Positions 1 through 11,823 of a stretch of DNA of 64,000 nt are shown here, in pieces (position 1 is the stretch's first letter; each line of letters starts with the position of its first letter). This DNA is from Takakia lepidozioides (Eukaryota; Plantae; Bryophyta): assembly GCA_030704615.1 (NCBI GenBank), contig CM060731.1:8866001-8930000 (forward strand). Direction: 5' to 3'. The notes beneath the pieces are model-generated. The model was not told where the DNA came from, did no database searches, and worked only from the letters and a program-made list of their open reading frames with translations. The position numbers and the translations under genes are program-made.

Positions 1-2277
1 ATGACTGTAACAGTACTCTTTTGTGGCACTGCTGTAGAAGAGTAACCACATTGAACCATAAACCGCCTTCTGTCTTTTGGTTCTTCAAATTCTGTAGATG
101 TTTGCATCATGACAGCAGGGTGGGGAGCTTGCAATTGTATGACAGCTTCCTTGTTGTTCTGTAGGTGTTCTGAGCAAGATGCCCGAAAGCTTATGTTGAA
201 TGCATCCTCTCTAACTAGTAGGTCTGCTGGCGGTTGATTTTAAGCTCAGTTTCCAGCACAACATGTAAACATTTTTTTTGCTGCACTGTAGGTGGTGGTG
301 GGTAGTTTCATTTCAGATCTTGGGAAAACAAAGCAAGGACTGGAAGCTGGAGTGAGCCAGGAGTTACATTGTCTCCAGCAGCCACATCTGGGGCTGCCAC
401 CACTGCAACCCAGCGAGTGTCGAAGACTGAAGTGAAAGGTGGTCCAGATTCTTGGAGTGATGCTGTGTGCTTCTATTTGAACTTGGAAGTGTTGGAGTAT
501 CTGTACTAGTTTATTTTGTGGTGATCAGGCTACTACTTTTTGACATTATGAAGATGTTCATGTGACTGGTAAGTAGTTGATGCGGTCTGCCTCTTCCAGA
601 GGTCACCATATCCTATCAAGGAGCACTCGTGGCTTCTATATTCATCCTATGATTTGACAACAAGGTGCATGCAGAAGTGGCGAGATCGAACCCTCATTGG
701 GCAGGGAAAGGGAAAACCTGATAACTTGGCTTGTCTAGAATGAAACTTATCATCCCAGGTATTGTGCATTTTTGATTGCAGGCGCAGGACACCATCAAAC
801 AGTTGGAGGGCCAGTTCCCATCAATCAGTCTAGTCTACAGACCAACCAGAGTGTGGGCATGTTCCAACCGATGGGGGCTTGGGCAAACCCACAGGCATTG
901 GGAGAAGGTCGCCGCACTGACACCAATATCTCCTTGCCAGGTGGATGATGCCCAGATGGCAGCAAATTGGTAGACTAATCCCAGATGTGGACGGACATCT
1001 GTCAAATGCCACCCTTTTTTGTTCTTGCCCTTTTGAAAGAGAGAGAGAGGTGATAAGCAGCAGCATGCTTGAATGGTGATAGAAAACTCAGGATTGGTCT
1101 GGGCTGGACATTTGTCGATTCTGCACGACCAGGGCGCGCACACATTTCATGGCATGTATAGGCTTACAGGGGAGTCACCAATGCAGCTACTTGGGTTACC
1201 TGGTGGAATGGGGAAAGTTTTACAGTGATGTCGTGTCTCTGGCATTCAGGTTCTCTGTGGGGAGAGGGGCGGCCTGGCTGCAGTTTTGGAAAGGTGCCCT
1301 CTGAAGGTGAAAGCTTCCTGTGAGGTGTATCTTTCTTTAGTGGATCTGGAATCAAATTGGTACCTTAATTTTCTTACTCTCATCCCACTCTTGACAGATA
1401 TTTCTACCCTATTGGCAACTGCGAAGGGCTTTTAAACTTATTCCAGTTGCACCATGTTCCTCCACTACAGCTAGACTTAAAACACTTGTTGAGGCATCTG
1501 CCACCATTATGAGAGCTCCCACCATGGGCCAGAAGGCCTGCTTGATGGAGATTCACTGGGAGCTTTCTTAGAACATTGCGATGTTGTTGTTGACTACCAG
1601 CAAATTTGACTTGAGTTGCAATTCTGGAGAGCCAGTTGGAAGATTATACCAATGAGAATTCCTTTTTGTCCTTTGAAAGTGTAACAGATGAAATAGGCTG
1701 GTAAGTTGCGAAGAAAACCATGGAGACAAAGTGTGTTTTGGGGATGTTTCTCAAACTGAATGTTCCTACAAAAGCTGGTGACAGTTTGAATTATTTGTCC
1801 TTGAACCATCTTGTTAGTTAGTACTGCGGAGTGGGTCGATGAATGGTTGTCATGGCTACAGACCGTTGTCAAAGGTGGAATATTAACCCCCTCTCTCAGC
1901 CTTGAGGAATACAGGGCCGATAGACGATACCGATGCATGGGATCAGCAAAAATGCCAAACCACTAGGCTACAGCCCTGATGTGCAAAAGTATTGAATGCT
2001 TCTGTCACCTTGGGGCGTCACCCTCAAGTTCCCCTCAAGTTCACTAAACCGAGCCACACACTTTTTGTGTGGATCTGAATGTATTTGTGAACTGATGAGA
2101 GTGGTTGTGAGTTGTGTATGGAGGGCAGTTGAAAAAAGTGTAATGTACACCTGTATTTGTGACAGATTTGAGATGAGTTTTGAACTTGGATATTACGAGC
2201 AAATATGTACAATATCTTGAGACCACCAATATGGACACACATTCAGCTTGACATGGACTCATGCATAGACAACACTA

Positions 2278-2584
2278 TGTTAGAATTGAGCAAGAACATG
2301 AACAAGAACTAAAGTCTTAGATTAAAGCTAAAACTAAAGCTCTCCTCCCAACCATAGAAGCCACCATCATACTCTTACACTTAGACTAGTGGCTTCACCC
2401 CCGAGCTTGTACAAGAAGGTCTCTAGAAAGTCCTACTTGGTCACTTCCACTTCCACTATGGTGACCATTCACCTTCTAGCCATTCACCTTCCAAAGGTGA
2501 GTTAAACAAGATAGTCTCTTAGACTTCTAAACCTTTGGCCTTCAAGACTCTTAGTCTTCTAGATACGTTTAATTACTTCCAACA
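2278..2584 (-). repeat. Copia 3' LTR (307 bp)
   Basis: Direct repeat of 6642-6948; preceded on the minus strand by the polypurine tract TTGAGTGGGAG (2585-2595). Confidence 0.96.
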
Positions 2585-2605
2585 CTCCCACTCAATTAAA
2601 CCATA

Positions 2606-5600
2606 TCATTGAGCTACTTCGTTTGTCTTTGGAGAAGAGACACCAAGTAAGGCTGAACACTTCATGTGTTTTGTTTGTGGTAGACTCTTCGTCAAAACAT
2701 CCGCAACCATATCTCCTGTAGCACAATAGATCATCTTGATCTCTCCCTTGCATACAACTTCCCGTATGTAGTGATGTTGCACTTCAATGTGCTTCGTCCT
2801 TGAATGATACTTCGGATTCTGACTTAGTGCAATCGCAGCTTTGATTGTCACAATAGAGAGTCGTAGGTAGTGATTGGAGATGATCCAAATCTCCAAGCAA
2901 CTTCCGTAACCAAATAGCCTCTTTTGCTGCTTGTGTAATGGACATGTACTCAGCTTCTGTTGATGATGTTGCAACTTGTCATTTGTTATACCAAAATACA
3001 GCTCCACCTGCTAGGAGAAAACAATGGCCTGAAGTTGATTTTCTACTATCAACGTCTCCTGCCCAGTCAGCATCAGCAAACCCCAACAAACTTGGATCTT
3101 CCACTCTTTTGTAGAGTACACCAGAGGTTGATGTTCCTCTTAGATATCGAAATATCATCTTCACTGCTTTCCAATGGGTTTGTCCGGGATTTGAAAGAAA
3201 TTGTGAGACCATTCCCACTGAATGTGCAATGTCTGGCCTAGTACAAACCATGCAATACATCAAACTGCCGACTGCGCTTTGATAAGGATTTTTTTTGCTC
3301 TTCTTGAGTCTTAGGTGCCATATCCTTCGTAAGTTTCAAACCAACTTCGAGAGGAGTTGATGTTGGCTTACTCATCTCCAACTTAAACCTTTGTAGAATT
3401 GTCTCAATGTATTGTCGTTGATGCATGAATACTGTATGGTTCACTTGATCTCTGCTGATTTGAATACCAAGACAGAACCGAATCTCACCCATGTCAGTCA
3501 TGACAAACTCAACACTCAACAGTGCTTTGGTTTCTGGCAACAACCTTTGATGATCGTTGGTGACAATGATTGTGTCATCCACATATAGAGTTATGATCAC
3601 AAATTGCTCTCCCATCTTTTTCACATAGATGTTTGTGTCAGCAATGCTTCGCTCAAATCTTGCCTTTAAGAGGTAAGCATCGATCCTAGCATACCAAGCT
3701 CGAGGACTTTGTTTGAGTCCATACAAACTCTTTTGCAGCTTACACACAATATCACTTCCTCCTTGTACAAACCCTTCAGGTTGTCTCATGTAGATCTCTT
3801 CTTGTAGTTCTCCATTCAGAAATGCGGTCTTAACATCCATTTGATGAACTTCGTGATCATGTTGAGCTGCAAGAGCTAACAACACTCTGATAGAAGAAAT
3901 CTTCACCACTGGTGAGAAGGTTTCATTGTAATCCACTCCTTGAATTTATGCATAGCCTTTAGCTACAAGACAAGCTTTGTACCGGTAAATAGATCCATCA
4001 GCTGTGTACTTCAACTTGAAGATCCACTTGTAACCAATGGCTCTTCGTCCTACAGGCAACCTAGTGAGTGTCCATGCTTTGTTTTGCATCAATGAATCCA
4101 ACTCTGAGTTGATTGCTTCTTCCCATTGTAGTTTGTCTGGAGAGCACATCGCTTCCTTATATGTAGCAGGCTCAACCACTTGTGATGCTTCTTCCATAGC
4201 TTCAATGGCACTCATAGATGTAATCAGCCTACTAGGAGCTTTCATTTCCCGCTGTAATCTCCTTAGAATTGGCACATCTTCAACTTCATCTCTAGAGTCC
4301 ATACAAGTGGTTCACCAACTTCGACTCCTTGATCAACTCCATCAAGTTGAACACCTCCATTATTTGCTTCAGCCATCTTTGTGGCTCCTCATAAGACTCC
4401 TCTTGGAAATGGTGTAATGGCTCTAAGCTCATTCCCATGTCATCTTCTCCCACTACCAAAGAGGGTATGAAACCTTCATCAAACACTACGTCCCTACTGT
4501 GTTTGACAGCCTTAGTTGTCTTATTGAACAACTTATATCCTTTTACACCTTCTGTGTAGCCAATGAAGATGCATCCTTCTGATTTGGAGTCAAGTTTCCT
4601 TCGCTTCTGAGTAGGAATATGGACATATGCACGACATCCAAAAATCCTACAATGAGCCACACTAGGCTTCTGACCACTCCATACCTCTTCTGGTGTTTTT
4701 CCCAACACTGATTTGGTAGGTATTCTGTTGTGAAGATATGTTGCAGTGCCAACAGCTTCTGCCCAAAAATGATTTGAAAGATTCACTTATTTCAACATAC
4801 TCTTTGCAGATTCTTGTAGTGATCTATTCATCCGCTCAGCTACACCATTCTGCTCAGGTGTATATGGAACAGTAAGCTGTCGAGCTATTCCATTCTCTTG
4901 ACAAAACTGATTGAAAGCCTTGGAGATGTACTCACCACCATTGTCAAATCTCAAAATCTTAAGAGACTTTCCAGGGTTTTTTTTTTGCAAGTACTTTGAA
5001 CTCCTTGAATTTCTCTAGCATGTGGTTTGCATTGGCTCGTACACATCAAAATGTACAATCTCCAATATACTTGTGGCTCTTCATCCACCATCCTTAGGAA
5101 GTTGACCTCGATGTTGCTTCCCTTCCAAGCAACCTTTGCATAGACGCATATCGTTCATCTCCTTCAATGGTAGTCCTTCCACAAGATGGCTTGAGAGCTG
5201 CATCTGTCTCAACTTCTTAATGCTCACATGACCTAACATTCTATGCCACAACTCTGTTTCTGACATGACATGTGTAGATCCCAACTGTGGTGAAAATGTG
5301 GTAAGAGCACTAGAGACATGATGTTGTAATCTATACAAGCAATTATCAAGATAGATCTTGCTACCACAGCTCCTGAGCTATCTGTGATAGTACAACTCTC
5401 ATCTTGGAATACCACTCTGTATCCCTTTGCAACAATTTGCCTTACAGACAACAGGTTCTTTGTTAAAGTACGGACATGTAGGACATTTTCCACCTCTATG
5501 GTTTCCCCTTCATTGAGCATAAGAGAGACTGAGCCTTCCCCACCAATGACATGCTTGCTATTATCTCCCAAAAGAACATATTGTGTAGATGAAAGAGATC

Positions 5601-6586
5601 TATAGGATAAGAAATGCTCTCTCTCTAAACTCATATGTTGAGATGCTCCTGAATCAACATACCACACATGCTTCTGTCTAGTAGTGGCTGAGAGAGACAC
5701 AACAAATAGAATAGCATTCCTCTGATGAGTAGCTATGTTCCCTTGACTCTCTCTGCTGCGCTCATCTGCAATGTGCTTTCTACAATCCTTGATCATGTGA
5801 CCAAGTTTCTTGCAATAAAAGCACCTCACTTTGGTCTTTTTAATCTTTGAGCTAGATTGAGGTTTCTGAAACCTCTGGGACTTCTGAGACATATGTGAAG
5901 GGAGTCTTCTATTCAAGACTACTCCAGTCTTGCCTGTGAACAAAGCTCTGTCTACCTCTGTAGACGTACCTTGACATTTTCTTCTTGTTTCCTCCTTGAA
6001 GAGAAGTCCTATGACAACATCAATAGTTAAGTTGGTTTGTCCTGCTAGAGACCCAAAAACCATCATAGAATTCAGGTAAGGTTGCCAATAACACCACTGT
6101 GGCGTGTTCATCAGTCACATTAGTTCCCACAGAGACTAGTTGATCTCGCAACACACAAAACAAATTCAAGTGTTGTTCAACTGAATCTGACTCGGTCATC
6201 TTCAGACCATAGAACTTTTGCGTCGCATACACTTGCGATGTGACATCCTTCGTCTCATATATGTTTGCTAGCTTGTCCCAAACATCCTTAGCATTCTTAA
6301 CACTTATAATGAGATGCAACTGATTGTCTCTCAAGCTTGTGATGATGCTAGCTCTTGCTTTCTGATCTTTCCTATCCCATATGGCTTGGCCAACAATAAT
6401 GTCAGGTCTTGGGACTGATCCATCAACCACTCCCCATAGATCTTTGTCTAGAACGACCATCTCCATCCTAAACTTCCAGGTTTGATAGTTAGCTCCATTG
6501 AATCGATCTTCCACTCTCACATGTAATACACTCATCATAGACATAGAAGGAGGATTGCTAGAAGACGACGCTCCACCCATAATCAA
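2606..6586 (-). pseudogene. Copia gag-pol polyprotein, disrupted
   Basis: Split over at least 9 ORF pieces by stops and frameshifts; short deletion in the integrase core near 5020 (EPMQTT joined to LEKFKEFK). Confidence 0.93.
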
Positions 6587-6628
6587 GTTCTCTCAATCTC
6601 AACTACCAACTCTCACCTAGAGAAGAAT

Positions 6629-6641
6629 GGCTCTGATACCA
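6629..6641 (-). promoter_or_regulatory. Primer binding site, tRNA-iMet
   Basis: Minus strand TGGTATCAGAGCC directly after the 5' LTR, the canonical plant Copia PBS. Confidence 0.95.
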
Positions 6642-6948
6642 TGTTAGAATTGAGCAAGAACATGAACAAGAACTAAAGTCTTAGATTAAAGCTAAAACTA
6701 AAGCTCTCCTCCCAACCATAGAAGCCACCATCATACTCTTACACTTAGACTAGTGGCTTCACCCCCGAGCTTGTACAAGAAGGTCTCTAGAAAGTCCTAC
6801 TTGGTCACTTCCACTTCCACTATGGTGACCATCCACCTTCTAGCCATTCACCTTCCAAAGGTGAGTTAAACAAGATAGTCTCTTAGACTTCTAAGCCTTT
6901 GGCCTTCAAGATTCTTAGTCTTCTAGATATGTTTAATTATTTCCAACA
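6642..6948 (-). repeat. Copia 5' LTR (307 bp)
   Basis: TG...CA ends, adjacent PBS, 302/307 identity to 2278-2584. Confidence 0.96.
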
Positions 6949-7513
6949 CGCTCCTCTCTCGAGGGCATGTTTTGGATAAGAGTAACTGCTGAACTCTGGC
7001 ATATTGAGAAGCCCGAACATGCTCATCAATATAAGCTCAATGTTGCTCTTGAATCATGAGACTATCCACCATCGGTGCTGCAGACCTTAGATTCATAAAC
7101 TCGGGGACAGAACAAAGTGTAGTTCACAGGCATGCACAATACAACACAATATTCTTCTCCGCTCTTAAAGTTGTGAGTAGTGTGCTGGAGAGTAAAAGAG
7201 AGAAATGAAATAACTTCAGTCAAGAATCATTGTTGTGAATAATATGCCTAGATTGTAAAACTTGGCCTCTCCCACTCTCTCCAACAACGAATCCACATAA
7301 CATATTCATATTATTTATAAGCGCAGATCAAGGCCATTTTGGAAGGGATGGTATTGCAAATTGCACATTTGGAATGCACAAACCATGTAAGAATGTCATT
7401 ATGCAAGTTGAGAGGCCATGGGCACGAGGGCAGTTTCAGGTTTCCTCTCACATACAGGCTCAAACTCTCTACAGAGTTTGTCACAGCCAATGTCTACAAG
7501 GAATAGGCAGTGA

Positions 7514-8560
7514 GTACCTCCGTCTCTCGCCCCTCTCTCGCCCCATAGACAGGACGCTTCCACTATTTTTTGACTAAGAGCTGGCAGTGCAACTATCCAC
7601 CTAGCCAGTCCCCACATCTATTTTGGGCTAGATAGTTGGGACAGATGCTGCTACAATGTGCCAGATTCTCTGTGAATGAGGTGAATATGCTTGACAGTAA
7701 CATTCAATTTCGTTTGTCTAGAATGTCAGCTGCTGTACAATGCTATGCCTAGTCTCACATACCCCTACTGGACCTGAAGCCTTAGAACTGGCTCCAGGAG
7801 GGTCAATATACCTAAGGGACTCTGCCCTCACGGATTAGGAACAAGACATGACACTAAATCTCTCTTCTATCTCCTTTCCTGAAAGTCTTCACCTTATTTA
7901 TCATAGTGCATAAACAGTGCTCTCAATAGAATGAGGTGAATACTATGAGGTCAATGAGGTCAATGATGAGGTGAATGTTGAATATTATATGAGGTGAATG
8001 AGGTGAATTATATAGTAGTCTATAATATATGCTAGACACTCAATTTCCTTGCCTGGCTTGTCATCTGCTGTACAAATGCTATGCCTAGTTTCATATACCC
8101 CCACTGGAGCATCAAGTTCAAGTAACTGAAGCATCAAGTAACTTGAAGGATGTTACTGATGCTCCAGTTACTTGAGTAACAGACTGGAGCATGAAGTCTC
8201 TTTCAGATGCTCCATCCAGTATTTTCATACTCTATCCATAGCTCCAACTCTTCTACTGCCAGTTGTAGACACATACAACACAAATTCAAGGACTCCTCCA
8301 ACACACAATCTTTTCCTGGGAAGGATGGAAGAATACTACTCCAACTAAAGATAATGGAAAAGTAATGGCAAGAAGGTCCTGAAGCCTCAATTCCCAATGC
8401 CTCATGCACCTGACAGTCTGAGCATAATAAAACAACTCCCTCTGCCCTCAAGTTAGATAGCATTTGGAACATTTGATGGATGGCCTCGCTCTCTCTTCAG
8501 CTCTTCTCATCCTCGGAGATTCCATCATCCCAGTTCCATACAACCAACTTATCCATTGCC
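7514..8560 (-). pseudogene. Degenerate exon fragments of an unidentified gene
   Basis: Protein-like pieces with internal stops, two followed by GT donors: MDKLVVWNWDDGISEDEKS*RESEAIHQMFQML, VRAESLRYIDPPGASSKASGPVG|gt, ESGTL*QHLSQLSSPK*MWGLARWIVALP...GARDG|gt. Family not recognised. Confidence 0.4.
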
Positions 8561-8765
8561 AATGGCACAATATATTAATGTGATAAAAATCAAAGATTTT
8601 ACAACTCGTCCATCAATGGAATGTACATCAGGAACATAAAGAAAGCTGTGCTCAGCTCATCCCTAACTTAAGCTCTCCAAGGTCACATTCAATACAAATA
8701 CACCGGTGCCTGCCAAGGACTCGGGACCCTCAATGGCACCAAACTGCATAGCAATCGGAAAAAAT

Positions 8766-10423
8766 TTAGTTGGGAAGAGCCTTCTTTGCCTCCTCAACCT
8801 TGGCAGCCAGGAAATTTTTCAAATTCAAACCCTGCAAAATGTGATACACGGCTATTTGGTCAGTGCAAATTGCTTCCATGATTTCGGATCAAGCATTCGC
8901 AGATAGAGAGTGCAAATCGGCAGCTCCAACCTCACAGAGAAGAATCGACAGAGGAGATCGTGTTCATAGGCATGAAGGATCAAAGTAAAGTTCCAACCTC
9001 ACAGAGAAGAATTGACAGAGATGATCGTGTTCATAGGCATGAAGGATTATAGTATAACAGAGTTTTGAGAGCGTGATATTATATACAGGGGTCAATCCCC
9101 TTCAGAAGTTTGTGGAAAAAACAATCCTTCTGAAGATTGAAATACCTTATCTTTTCCAAAAATTCCGTCGATTCTCTGTCTGCTTTCCTGGACTTTGGCG
9201 ACGACATTGGCCCGTGCTTCTCCGACTGCGCTGCTGGTAGCATCCTGAATTTCGCTGATAGCTCCACTGCCGGCCCTGCACGCGCACCAACATGCATCAA
9301 AATTTCATTTCGTATGGGAATACGTACAACATTACAGGCTTCTTTATCCTCAAAAACCCCCTCATCCATCAATATGGAATCTCGAACTTCAAAAGAATCC
9401 CACCAAAGTTCCTGAAAAATGCAGGACAAACCATTTTGGTGTCGTAACGCACAACACGTTTCGCTCTGAAGGCTTGACCCCGGATGCTAAGATGACCCAT
9501 CACTCATATACGAGGAAACGAACTCAAGCAATGAGAGGAACTATGGCCGTAACAACCAGATTCGAAAAACTAGATTCTGCTCAATGTGAGAGACAGGGAG
9601 AGAGAGCTGACTTTTGGGAAAAGCGATCCACATCCTCAGCTACACTGCCTCCAACGCCACGGTCAGGTCCAAAACGGGGGGGAGAGTCGTTCTTGATCAA
9701 ACTATCGGCACCCTTCAACAACTCGTCAGCTTTCCTCGCAGTGCGCTCAGCGCCATCGATGCCAGGGCCTGAGGCTGCAAAGGCCTGTCCGGACAAACTA
9801 ATTGCCACACCTGCAGCCAGCAGTGCATTCAACACCTGCCTCCTCACTGGCTTGTTCTCCTGCAATGGCATTTCACACACAAACTGTCAGGAGATCTCCC
9901 AACAAGCTGTAATGCAAAACATCTGAATATGACAGCATCACGAGTCTAGTACTCTGTCTGTTCTCCCATCTAGCTAAAATCAACTGCCATGCCGTTAATA
10001 TCTCTTTGGTACCGAGCTACATCCCCTTCCGGCCCCTTTGCGGAAGTTCTCTAGGTGAGAGATACCAGGAGAAAGACCCAAAGCCATGTCTGCCCTAGGC
10101 GAAAGAAAAAGAGAGAGAGGCCCACTCAGATACTTCGAAACGTGCAGCCCAATGCTTGCAAATTGCATTTTCCCAGTGCAAGTCCCGGACAATAGGAAAG
10201 AACTTCGAGCAGAGCTCGAAATACAAGGTCAAGGAAAATTGCATACCTCAGAAAGGCTCGCTCTAGCGACCTGCATGTTGCCTTCCAAGTTGGAAGATCT
10301 AAGGGGGGAAAACTGCACAATGGAGGACCCGAATGCCGCACTAGAAGACATCACCGATGCATTCCTCACGGCGGGCGGTGCCACCGCAGACACAGTCGCT
10401 ACCATTCCTGTAGAAGCTGCCAT
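8766..10423 (-). CDS. Chloroplast thylakoid-lumen-targeted protein (transit peptide + Tat signal), LEA-like mature region; 4 exons, 206 aa
   Basis: Phase-consistent GT-AG exons 10423-10247, 9859-9612, 9275-9146, 8831-8766. Ser/Ala-rich N-terminus MAASTGMVATVSAV; RR + hydrophobic core + AxA (RRQVLNALLAAGVAISLSGQAFA); mature part is A/E/K/D/R-rich and ends NFLAAKVEEAKKALPN*. Confidence 0.8.
8925..9057. repeat. 67-bp tandem duplication in intron 3
   Basis: tccaacctcacagagaagaat...ataggcatgaaggat at 8925 and 8992 with a few mismatches. Confidence 0.85.
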
Positions 10424-10894
10424 AACTAGAAGCTAGCTGGTGAATCCTGCCCTTGGCTCAAACCACAACGAACACAGACCTCCAAATTTCAACTGAACAA
10501 TCAGGGAAAGTAGAAGTATGCAAACTACTTAGAGGATGGCTGGAAGCGGAACACGGAAGATGTCAAGTCGATGGAGAACCAGGAGTGTGGGCAGTGCTAT
10601 AAACTGTAGGCAAGCCCGCCATGATCGCAGCTCGCTTTCGACCACTGTGCGCTGTTGCATATGCAACACGCCCACGCGTCCTCTACTTTTTCGAGTTTGG
10701 CCGTTCTGTGCCGAACGTGTATGGATCTCATTAGTCCAACGTCCGAGAACAAAGCTGCTGCCGAACAAGTGCACAAGTTGTGAACGTCCAATTCAGAGCG
10801 TGTGTACAGTTGGACGGCGATCTCATGCCTTCAACTCATTGGATCCCAAAATTGCTTCTCGTTGTGGTTGGGTACTTTTGTGGATGCTCTAATC

Positions 10895-11669
10895 AGCTGG
10901 AGTTTTTCTGTAAACCAAGAGATTTCAGTGTAGTAACTGTATCGTTCATGCTTATCAATGTTGTGGGTTTTGCTTAAACCAAGAGATTTCTGTGGAAGAA
11001 GTGCAAGTAGTAACTGTATTCATGCTTATCAATGTGTTTCCTTTACGAAAACTACACATGGGTGAGCAAAAAGGTGGAAACTAGAAACCCACTTATTACT
11101 AACTTAGTTTAGTCTAAATGATTCATAGGCTAGCAGGTGTGTCAATGACTACTGGGCCATTCCCATAAGACGACACTACATGTCTGCTCGGATCACTATT
11201 CTTTGTATCATTCCTCGCTTGGTCTTGAGATCTGTATTTATGGGTTGTTCTCTTACTGCCATCTAAGTTGAAGTTTGCTTAGCTGGAGTTTTTCTGTAAA
11301 CCAAGAGATTTCAGTGTAGTAACTGTATCGTTCATGCTTATCAATGTTGTGGGTTTTGCTTAAACCAAGAGATTTCTGTGGAAGAAGTGCAAGTAGTAAC
11401 TGTATTCATGCTTATCAATGTGTTTCCTTTACGAAAACTACACATGGGTGAGCAAAAAGGTGGAAACTAGAAACCCACTTATTACTAACTTAGTTTAGTC
11501 TAAATGATTCATAGGCTAGCAGGTGTGTCAATGACTACTGGGCCATTCCCATAAGACGACACTACATGTCTGCTCGGATCACTATTCTTTGTATCATTCC
11601 TCGCTTGGTCTTGAGATCTGTATTTATGGGTTGTTCTCTTACTGCCATCTAAGTTGAAGTTTGCTTAGC
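10895..11669. repeat. Perfect 386-bp tandem duplication
   Basis: 10895-11280 repeated at 11281-11666 with no mismatch seen, followed by 3 bp (agc) of junction microhomology. Confidence 0.95.
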
Positions 11670-11823
11670 CTAACGTCTACACTGCTCAACGCACAGGCCT
11701 GGGAGGGCCCAATGGGCGGTTGAAGGATTGAACATTGAACCTGGGAAAACAGGCAAGGCACAAACTCCCAGCCATTGGGGAGACATCCAATGATGTGCGT
11801 GCAGCATTGTGAACAAGATTGTT

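Larger units (their letters stand above)
2278..6948 (-). mobile_element. Full-length, decayed Ty1/Copia LTR retrotransposon
   Basis: Two 307-bp LTRs (2278-2584, 6642-6948; TG...CA) with 5 substitutions. Minus-strand order: gag (FNGANYQTWKFRM; zinc knuckle CFYCKKLGHMIKDC), protease (WYVDSGASQHM), GAG-pre-integrase (LWHRMLGH), integrase ([16 protein letters not shown]), RT (HQMDVKTAFLNG, LYVDD), RNase H (FADADWAGD, RTKHIEVQHHYIRE). Confidence 0.97.

Noticed and set aside
600-2000. Possible very old LINE remnant (QKWRDRTLIG, TLDRYFY)
   Set aside because: Only scattered short matches among many stops; cannot be supported without a search.
2273-2277. CACTA next to the Copia LTR
   Set aside because: It is the LTR target-site position, with no TIR or subterminal repeats.
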